Below, one piece after another: positions 32,568 to 39,398 of a DNA stretch of 49,175 nt; the stretch's first letter is position 1; each line of letters opens with the position of its first letter. Made by a program: the position numbers and the translations under genes. The notes beneath the pieces are model-generated. The model ran no database searches. It was not told where the DNA came from and saw only the letters and a program-made list of their open reading frames with translations. The stretch comes from a virus. The stretch spans positions 1 through 49,175 of IMG/VR virus record IMGVR_UViG_3300010042_000002; one strand, 5' to 3'.

Positions 32568-34174
32568 TCGTCACCCGCCGTAACGATTGGGGCGGAACGC
32601 GGAATAGGGAGCCCGGTGTTCGGGTCCGTGTCGCCATCATCCATACGCATTGACTGTATTTCCGCCTTTGCAACCTTGTCGTCTTGTGTTGCCAATTTTG
32701 CCCGCTTCAACACCGTACGCATTTCAGTATAAGTAATAGCTTCTTTCTGCCATGCGTTGATTGCTGAATTGACTTCCTCGGGTGACGCCGTGGCAATGTT
32801 GAAATCAGTATTCAGCGAGAACACAACCGCGTTCTTGTCGTCGCCAGCAGTTTTCGCATCTGTAAACACGGTGCGTTCACCGGCAAAGATCGTGCACCAT
32901 TCCAGCGCAAAACGGTAAGCAGCGGAAACGTTATCTGTTACCGTGCGCAAGATGCTTGTTTCATTAGCCGCGTCGGTGCTTGTTTCAGTTGCCGTGCGCT
33001 GAACCTGCTTCGTCTCTACCAACTTGGCGCCTAGCGCCACCATCTGCTTTTCTTTGTGTTCCATGGCGGCAAACGCTGCCGTACGCTCCACCATTTCAAG
33101 TAGTTCAGCCTTGGCGCCTGTGGGCAGCGCAATGCCGCCTCGGGAACCAAAGTTGATGCGCTCTTTCATAATCTCCTTGTACCAATGCTGATCGATACCA
33201 GAGACGACCGGGGTTGATTGCCCGGTAATATAAACGCTTTCCTCATAATCCGCGCTGTTGCGGTAATGAGCAATATTCAGGTCACACAATGGGAACATTG
33301 GGGGTTCATCAATGGTGACAGAGTTGTCAACCGCGCCAATAAACGTAAAGGGCAGTTCGTTGAGGAAAGCCCCCTTGCTGTCTAGCGGAGTAAAGACCTT
33401 TGGTACGGTATCAAGCATACCGTTTACGACCTTCCAAAGCTCTTGGCGGTAAACGTCGTTTTCATCCAACCGCAAGACACGGTATTGAACACTTGGTTGA
33501 ACGGCAAAACCGCCAACGTCGTATTCTTCATAGTTTTCTTCAAGCACCACCAGCGACAACACCGTTTTGTTGCCACGGATTTTAGTGCGCCAGTTGATGA
33601 TTGAGGTAGGTTCGTAATGATGGATGGTCGGGCGAACCTTACCGTCTGTTTGATCCTTACGGGTTACCGGCCCCGTGCTTTCGGGGAAGTCGATACGTAG
33701 CCCGGCGCGACCATTGGCCAGCACCGCCGTTTCGCTCTTCTGCGCCAACTGCACCAGCGACACACCCGAACCGTCCGCGTCCTTGACAACCGGGTCAATA
33801 AGTGTCGGGACGTTTATGACGGGATCAACCTCAAAGACGCTGCCCACAAATCCTTTGAGCGTGCCTTGACCGACGTTGTAGAACACGGCGCGGGTTATGT
33901 ACGCTTCATACCGCGTTTGATTTGACGGGCTGGTATCTTCCGGGTTTGGCATGGGCAAGTATTTTTGCCGCTTTGCCTTTACCGCCGTACTCCCCGTAAT
34001 GCAGTCGTTTACAAGGTTGTACTTGTCGAGCATGTCAACAAGTTCCTTGCGTTTGAATTGCACGGTTACCGGGGCAACAAGCGCCGGGCGGGTCTGCGCC
34101 GGGCGCGGAGTGCGGCTAGTGTAACCTGCCGACCGGGGGGCAGGTTGTGCTTTCTTTGCAGGCTTCAGGGCCAT
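32564..34174 (-). CDS. Portal protein, 536 aa
   Basis: It lies immediately downstream of the large terminase, and its size and acidic C-terminus fit. Confidence 0.7.
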   Translation of the reverse strand: MALKPAKKAQPAPRSAGYTSRTPRPAQTRPALVAPVTVQFKRKELVDMLDKYNLVNDCITGSTAVKAKRQKYLPMPNPEDTSPSNQTRYEAYITRAVFYNVGQGTLKGFVGSVFEVDPVINVPTLIDPVVKDADGSGVSLVQLAQKSETAVLANGRAGLRIDFPESTGPVTRKDQTDGKVRPTIHHYEPTSIINWRTKIRGNKTVLSLVVLEENYEEYDVGGFAVQPSVQYRVLRLDENDVYRQELWKVVNGMLDTVPKVFTPLDSKGAFLNELPFTFIGAVDNSVTIDEPPMFPLCDLNIAHYRNSADYEESVYITGQSTPVVSGIDQHWYKEIMKERINFGSRGGIALPTGAKAELLEMVERTAAFAAMEHKEKQMVALGAKLVETKQVQRTATETSTDAANETSILRTVTDNVSAAYRFALEWCTIFAGERTVFTDAKTAGDDKNAVVFSLNTDFNIATASPEEVNSAINAWQKEAITYTEMRTVLKRAKLATQDDKVAKAEIQSMRMDDGDTDPNTGLPIPRSAPIVTAGDE

Positions 34175-34178
34175 GACG

Positions 34179-35771
34179 TTACCTCGGGAAGTTTATGTGA
34201 ATAACGGTAGCCGTGCGGTTGTTGCCCTTAAGCGCCCGATATCTAGCCATATCATAGGCATGATCTTCAGCGCTAGTATCAACGTCGTCTATCTTCTTTT
34301 CATCGCGGGGCAAGATAGGAATGGTCGCAATAGAAGCCCGGCAGTTGTCCATAAAGTACATACCGGGGTCTTCTTTGTTAACGGCAGCGGTCATACGGTT
34401 ACGCATCAGTTCAAGGCCGTTTATGCGTGACCCCGGTGACTTGTCTGATTTCTCCCACTCGACACCATTGTCACGGAATATCTTTTCAATAGTATCCGTG
34501 TCTTTCTCGACAACGTTAGCAATCTGATTGTCAGCAGGCCCCGGCCAAATCAGCCCGGCAATCCAACCGCCCTCTCGCAACTCTTTTTCATACTTTACAA
34601 TCTCAGTGGCAACCTTCTTGGCGCCCCACTTTTTACCAACGTTGGTGCCAAGCTTTTCGGCCCCGTAGATTTCCCCGATCTGAATAATAGAGCCCGGTTG
34701 TGGGCAGAAGGTCGAACCATCTGGCAAGGTGACTTCCTCGCCATTGGCTTCAGCAAACCAACCAACGGAAAACGGGTGCGTCGAACCCCAATCAAGGGCA
34801 CGGTCAACATACCAACCGGCCGGGATTTTGAAGCGTGGTACAACGTGAATATGTTTCTTCCACACGTCATCAAACGCACCACCGGCAACAATATCCCAAT
34901 CACCGGTAAGCCAAGCCTTTAGAATGTTCTCGTCTGTCTCTTCATACAGCTTTGCAATATACAGCGGGGACAGGTAAGGATTTTCGCGGAACGTACCAAA
35001 TAGCGTCACCTGTGTTCGGGTCACGTCAAGTTCTTCCTGCGTCTTTGGATCAAAGATGCGGGTAGTTCGCTTTACTATCTTACCATATGGCGCCGGATCG
35101 ATATATTCAGACTTTACCCAATTGTGACCGGGACCATATGGGTTAGTAGTCGATACCAGTTCAAGCGGGATCGGTGGCAACGGTTGACCATCGGGGGTGT
35201 CATAGTCACCTACCTGAACATCGCGGCCCCATTCATGAGACATGACGGCGGCGTAATTATCGCTAGTAACCTTGGGGGTATGTTGGACGGGATCAAAACC
35301 ACTACGGTTAGTGGACTGGATCATGTTATAGAATTTATTGTTGGAATACTTGGTTAGTTCGTTGAAACCGATAAACGGGTATTCGTGGCCGTGGTAATCC
35401 CAATAGTCAGTTTCATCCTGCGCAGCACGAAACAACAACTCTTCACCGGTATCCCATACCCACTTAAAAGCGGAGTTACTGGCTAGGAAGTTCGCGTGAC
35501 CTTTATCAAGGTTTTCGAAAATACGGCGCGACTTGACAACCAAGTCGTCAAGGTTCTTGTATTCTTTATCAAAGATAATACCGCGCCAATGGGAGCCGTA
35601 GCCAATGCCCACACGGGAGCGAAACCGCATAAGCTGCGCTTCGGTCTTGCCGTAACCACGTCCACCAGTCAGCAACAAGCTTTGCACCGGCGCGGTTAGC
35701 GCAAGTGCTTGGCTGGAATTAGGGATTGGTTGCCAAACTACCTCAACGGTTGGCGAGGGTGCTGGCTGCAT
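34179..35771 (-). CDS. terL: Terminase large subunit, 530 aa
   Basis: Walker A-like LLLTGGRGYGKTE is present. The C-terminal nuclease motif is DTSAEDHAYDMARY. Confidence 0.85.
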   Translation of the reverse strand: MQPAPSPTVEVVWQPIPNSSQALALTAPVQSLLLTGGRGYGKTEAQLMRFRSRVGIGYGSHWRGIIFDKEYKNLDDLVVKSRRIFENLDKGHANFLASNSAFKWVWDTGEELLFRAAQDETDYWDYHGHEYPFIGFNELTKYSNNKFYNMIQSTNRSGFDPVQHTPKVTSDNYAAVMSHEWGRDVQVGDYDTPDGQPLPPIPLELVSTTNPYGPGHNWVKSEYIDPAPYGKIVKRTTRIFDPKTQEELDVTRTQVTLFGTFRENPYLSPLYIAKLYEETDENILKAWLTGDWDIVAGGAFDDVWKKHIHVVPRFKIPAGWYVDRALDWGSTHPFSVGWFAEANGEEVTLPDGSTFCPQPGSIIQIGEIYGAEKLGTNVGKKWGAKKVATEIVKYEKELREGGWIAGLIWPGPADNQIANVVEKDTDTIEKIFRDNGVEWEKSDKSPGSRINGLELMRNRMTAAVNKEDPGMYFMDNCRASIATIPILPRDEKKIDDVDTSAEDHAYDMARYRALKGNNRTATVIHINFPR

Positions 35772-36252
35772 CGATAACTAAACCCGCTTGGTGCTTGGTG
35801 GCGCCCGCTTCCCATTCATCAATGGTGTTAGCGGCCGGTGGCATCATCATTACGCGCCGGTTATCGATATATATGCCAGCCCCGGCCGGTTCCTTCTTAA
35901 CGTGGCCCATGAGATCGGCATAGAGCTTATGCGCCTTCAGGCGGTCGTCAACTGACTTGGTGGCATCGGCCGCTAGCCGGTACACGTCACGGGCCTGTTG
36001 ATCGCGGCCGGGAAGCGCGGCGGCATCCTCTGCTTTGGCGAGCCGGGCTAGTTCCTGAATAACGATAGGATCGCGGGGCCACTCGTGCATGGCCTTCATG
36101 CACAATTGGGCGTCGGCTTCATCCGGGAAGGACAGGCAAGCCGCCTCAAACCGGGCGTTGTCATTGTCAGGGCGTTCACGCAGCAAAGCCGCAAACTTGC
36201 GCTTGCGGTCGGGGTCTGCGAACATTTGCCAAGGTGTTTGTGGTGCGCTCAT
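35743..36252 (-). CDS. terS: Probable terminase small subunit, 169 aa
   Basis: It lies directly upstream of terL and overlaps it. The call is positional only. Confidence 0.5.
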   Translation of the reverse strand: MSAPQTPWQMFADPDRKRKFAALLRERPDNDNARFEAACLSFPDEADAQLCMKAMHEWPRDPIVIQELARLAKAEDAAALPGRDQQARDVYRLAADATKSVDDRLKAHKLYADLMGHVKKEPAGAGIYIDNRRVMMMPPAANTIDEWEAGATKHQAGLVIDAASTLANR

Positions 36253-36284
36253 AAGGTCACCTTACAGGCGACCAACCGCAACGG

Positions 36285-36632
36285 TCAAGCAGGTAGAACT
36301 TTGAAACCACCCGAAAGCGCGAACATGACCACAACACCAACAACCGGTGCTAGGATGGCCATAAAGACTGCGAACATCAGCTTAGACCAACTGCCGATAG
36401 TTTTGCCAGTCTGCGTCAAGGCAACGTTCGTTGCGGTTATGCTGGCGTTTACTAGCGACAACTTAAGCTCAAAGATTTCGTTGAGACGGTCAAGCTTACC
36501 TTCTAAGGTGGCTTGCCTCCCCTCATACGTGCCTACCCTGCTAGATAGGTCGTCCAACCTTAGCTTTAGCTGTTGCACGTCAATTGCCAGCCGTTCAATA
36601 GGTTCCACTAAATCCCCGGTCCCCAACCGCAT
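36285..36632 (-). CDS. Coiled-coil protein with C-terminal transmembrane anchor, 115 aa (lysis-cassette associated)
   Basis: The N-terminus has heptad-like repeats (LKLRLDDLSSRV..LEGKLDRLNEIFELKL). The C-terminus is LMFAVFMAILAPVVGVVVMFAL. Confidence 0.4.
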   Translation of the reverse strand: MRLGTGDLVEPIERLAIDVQQLKLRLDDLSSRVGTYEGRQATLEGKLDRLNEIFELKLSLVNASITATNVALTQTGKTIGSWSKLMFAVFMAILAPVVGVVVMFALSGGFKVLPA

Positions 36633-36895
36633 GCCTTTGCCCCATATTCATTGTGGGCAAGTATCTGATCACCAGTACTAGGGCGACCGTTTGACGGTGG
36701 CCCGAATACGTCGTTAATAGATGGATTGATTTGGCGCCAACCGGCGCAAAAATCAGTCGTCGCGCAACCACTTATTAAGATCGTTGCGCCTAACATCAGG
36801 GTCACGTTTCGCAATGTCGTTTTCAACTTCTTGCCGTGTTGCTCTAGCTTTGGCTTCACGGTCTTGTTGATCACGTTCATTACGGTCCCGTTCAT
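36608..36895 (-). CDS. Outer-membrane lipoprotein, o-spanin-like, 95 aa precursor
   Basis: A basic n-region is followed by the lipobox ILISGC (Cys44). The mature part is short, Pro/Gly-rich and has 4 Cys. It starts inside the upstream ORF in another frame. Confidence 0.6.
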   Translation of the reverse strand: MNGTVMNVINKTVKPKLEQHGKKLKTTLRNVTLMLGATILISGCATTDFCAGWRQINPSINDVFGPPSNGRPSTGDQILAHNEYGAKACGWGPGI

Positions 36896-37094
36896 CTGTC
36901 TTACCTTTGGTGTATATACCGCCTGCTAGCCCCAAAGTGACAACGGCTAAAAGACCGCGCCAGCCTAGAAAGCGATAGGCCACAAAGCCGACGCCCGCAA
37001 GGGGCGCCAGCCACCAATAATCTAAAAATGGTACTTGCACGGCGCTAGTTCCCGAGCCCGAACGTCTTAATAGCTGATTTGACCCTTGACGCAA
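36753..37094 (-). CDS. Membrane protein with charged C-terminal region: i-spanin-like or class II holin-like (start uncertain)
   Basis: It has hydrophobic segments YWWLAPLAGVGFVAYRFL and LLAVVTLGLAGGIY, then about 50 highly charged residues. It contains the o-spanin start in the +1 frame. Confidence 0.4.
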   Translation of the reverse strand: MRQGSNQLLRRSGSGTSAVQVPFLDYWWLAPLAGVGFVAYRFLGWRGLLAVVTLGLAGGIYTKGKTDERDRNERDQQDREAKARATRQEVENDIAKRDPDVRRNDLNKWLRDD

Positions 37095-38070
37095 TCAATT
37101 CTTGTTTCCAGACGATCACGATAAGGGCAACGACTGTAAAGCCCACAAGTGCGACCTTGTAAACGTCATCGATATCCGCGAAGAACCCGGTAAGCATTGT
37201 AATGCCGCCGCCAATACCAAAGGTTCGTGTAACTGCTACTGCTTCCGCTCCCTTAGGAGCAATCGGAACATTTTCTGTGACCGGGGCGGGTTTCGTCTCA
37301 GCAATAGCAAGTGTGCCGATTGCAACCAATGCCTGATGTATTGCTGCCCTAGTTCCCGGTCCGTCATCGCCGTCAATCTCCCTTGAGTACCAACCCTTAG
37401 TCTGCGCTGCCGTTTGGAATGCCTTGATACCATCGACCGTGAACGGGTAACCAAGGTATGCAAGCCCTAGTTGCGTGTACTTAGTCAAGCGATCTGCAAG
37501 ACCATTGACGCCGCCGTTAACTCGACGCGTAATCATTTCGTTGTCACCCTGATCGGCGTAACGGTTCAACGACTTGCCGGTTGGGTTTCCGATATCCCAA
37601 TACCAGATAGCCGCCAACCCTTCCCATGGGTCGGTATTGATCAGTTCGGGGTTTTCAACGAAGTTGGGAGGGTTGAACCCCTTGAGCTTTGCCCATTCAT
37701 AGAACCGTGTCACGTTGCCGCGTCCGGTTAACTGTATTGGACCCTTGCCAGCGAACTTGCGGCCGTCACCCTTATTGACGTTTCCAAGCTGAAATGCGAG
37801 TTTGTTGCGCGGATCGTCTTTCGACCACGGTTTAGTAAAATCGCGTTCGTAACGCAATTGCTGGGGTGTTGGTCCCCATAGTTCACGATCATAGCGGAAG
37901 CCGCCGCTTTCATGTGTAAGCTGCGCTAGGTACTGAATGAGCCTGTGTGGCTGATCGAGCCCGGCAGCAGCACCGAACATTTGCAGCGAGGTAATGACAG
38001 AGTTGACATTGTTAATGTCAGACTTGGCCGTTGCCACCGTAAGCAGCAATTCGGTTGTAAGGTTTTTCAT
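37045..38070 (-). CDS. Endolysin: GH19 (chitinase-like) domain plus PG_binding_1-like domain plus C-terminal transmembrane segment(s), 341 aa
   Basis: Motifs are QLTHESGGFRY, GKGPIQLTGRGN and IKAFQ..GWYSREIDGDDGPGTRAAI. The C-terminus is VALVGFTVVALIVIVW. The real start is the ATG at 38070 with a GAGG SD. The 499-aa track ORF is an upstream extension that crosses a terminator. Confidence 0.85.
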   Translation of the reverse strand: MKNLTTELLLTVATAKSDINNVNSVITSLQMFGAAAGLDQPHRLIQYLAQLTHESGGFRYDRELWGPTPQQLRYERDFTKPWSKDDPRNKLAFQLGNVNKGDGRKFAGKGPIQLTGRGNVTRFYEWAKLKGFNPPNFVENPELINTDPWEGLAAIWYWDIGNPTGKSLNRYADQGDNEMITRRVNGGVNGLADRLTKYTQLGLAYLGYPFTVDGIKAFQTAAQTKGWYSREIDGDDGPGTRAAIHQALVAIGTLAIAETKPAPVTENVPIAPKGAEAVAVTRTFGIGGGITMLTGFFADIDDVYKVALVGFTVVALIVIVWKQELIASRVKSAIKTFGLGN

Positions 38071-38117
38071 GGTCTGGCCTCTAGGGGGAGTTGCCCACAG
38101 GCTACAGCGAGCGGGCG

Positions 38118-38153
38118 CAAAAGAAAAGGGCCAAGGGCTGCAACCCTTGACCC
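38118..38153 (-). terminator. Strong rho-independent terminator
   Basis: The minus strand reads GGGTCAAGGG-ttgcag-CCCTTGGCCC followed by TTTTCTTTTG. Confidence 0.75.
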
Positions 38154-38185
38154 TTCCGGCCAACCTAGCGCTTGTCCAGCTAGGT

Positions 38186-38881
38186 TTATGCAGCGGCGCC
38201 GTTCTCGCCAGCGTTTTCACCTTCAGCAGCGGGAGCCGCCTTAGGCTTGACGTTGCGGACCTTCTTTTCAGAAAGCGGGCGGTGATAGATGGCGATACCG
38301 GCAACACCAGCGTATGCATCGGGGTTCGGCGTGCCATCTTCATTGCGACCTTCAAAGCCAGCAGCCTTGCCGTCTTCAATGGTGCGCGAAGTGAGATACT
38401 TGTCGGTGTTGTCCTTGTTGAAGGTCGCGACCGTGGAGCCGAACTGCTTCGAAAGCTTCTTTGCGTCGTCGGCGGAAATGCCGGGGTATGCAAGGAAGAG
38501 AGCGCCGCCAAGTGGAATGTCTTTAAGCGGGTACTTGCTTTCACGTGGCTTGGTGTTGCCGCCGCCGCGCTTGATATCGGGCAGAACAGCCGCCGTCGAG
38601 ATCACGAACGAAACCGCAGACAGAGCCGGGGAAGTCGTTGCCGGGGTCGTGTTGGCAGGGGCTTCATCAGCAGGAACGGCAGCGCGGCCGGTGTCAGTCA
38701 GGCGAGCGGCGGGGTTGCCTGCTTCGTCCTTCATTTCGGGATTGATTTCGATGAAGCCGTTTTTCACCAGATCGGCGCCATCAGCCTGCGAAACGTGATA
38801 AGCGGTGTTGGCAGCGAGAGCCGTCGAGATCGCGGTAAGGGTTGCAATGTGTGCAGCCGAGAGAGTGAATTTTGCAGCCAT
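38186..38881 (-). CDS. Hypothetical two-domain protein, 231 aa, in a self-contained promoter-to-terminator unit
   Basis: ATG at 38881 with an AGAGG SD. A short N-terminal domain (LVKNGFIEINPEMKDEAGNPAARLTDTG, wHTH-like by eye) is followed by a P/T/A linker and a C-terminal domain of unknown family. Confidence 0.6.
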   Translation of the reverse strand: MAAKFTLSAAHIATLTAISTALAANTAYHVSQADGADLVKNGFIEINPEMKDEAGNPAARLTDTGRAAVPADEAPANTTPATTSPALSAVSFVISTAAVLPDIKRGGGNTKPRESKYPLKDIPLGGALFLAYPGISADDAKKLSKQFGSTVATFNKDNTDKYLTSRTIEDGKAAGFEGRNEDGTPNPDAYAGVAGIAIYHRPLSEKKVRNVKPKAAPAAEGENAGENGAAA

Positions 38882-38933
38882 GATTTGAAAACCTCTGTGA
38901 ACGAAATTGGGGGCAGCCATTTAAGCTACCCCC

Positions 38934-38962
38934 AACTTATTCACCCGATTTAACGCCGTCAA
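38934..38962 (-). promoter_or_regulatory. Sigma70-type promoter P7 (TTGACG-N17-TAAGTT)
   Basis: The reverse complement reads agcgcTTGACGGCGTTAAATCGGGTGAATAAGTT. It shares the AGCGCTTGACGG context with P1. A GGGGG..CCCCC hairpin (38909..38933) abuts the -10. Confidence 0.5.
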
Positions 38963-38980
38963 GCGCTAAACGTGATTTAG

Positions 38981-39376
38981 TTAGTTAAAGTTGACGTTCA
39001 AGTCACCAATGGGGATAACCACCGGATCGGCCGCCGCGATAACGCGGCTATTGTCGAGAGGCGTAAACGAAAGCATGTTGCCCGCAGATGCCGCGTCGAA
39101 CAAAGCGGCGTGAGTGACCGTTGCACCACCAGCCGCAGCACCAAAGTCAACAATTGCACTGTTGGGGACCGCACGCGAGGCAACTGCACCAAGCGTAACC
39201 GCGACACGACCGGCAACGCGAATAGTGGTGGTTACTTCCGTGCCGCCGCCGCCTGTGACAGTCGGGTCACCGTTGAAAAGGCCAACATAGACCGCAGCCG
39301 GGGCCGTGGGCATAGCCGTACCCTTGACCCATGCAAGAACAGCATTTGCGAAGTAGTTAGAAAGTTCCGATGCCAT
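38981..39376 (-). CDS. Conserved-looking beta-rich phage protein next to the tail fibre, 131 aa
   Basis: The pattern ANAVLAWVKGT..P..VYVGLF..DP..GGTEV recalls small proteins found next to phage fibre genes. The family was not identified. Confidence 0.4.
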   Translation of the reverse strand: MASELSNYFANAVLAWVKGTAMPTAPAAVYVGLFNGDPTVTGGGGTEVTTTIRVAGRVAVTLGAVASRAVPNSAIVDFGAAAGGATVTHAALFDAASAGNMLSFTPLDNSRVIAAADPVVIPIGDLNVNFN

Positions 39377-39398
39377 GATATTTTCCTTTCAATGGCGC

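Noticed and set aside
36253-36295. TTGACC-N18-TAAGGT as a promoter for the terminase operon.
   Set aside because: The -35 contains the stop codon of the upstream ORF. The -10 coincides with the SD (AAGGTG) only 5 nt from the terS ATG, leaving no room for a 5' UTR. It is more simply an SD.
38071-38544. The N-terminal 158 codons of the 499-aa track ORF 37045..38544.
   Set aside because: This part runs through a strong terminator and overlaps the 231-aa gene in another frame. Its sequence is Ser/Arg/Pro/Thr-rich junk. A good SD plus ATG at 38070 starts the recognisable GH19 domain.
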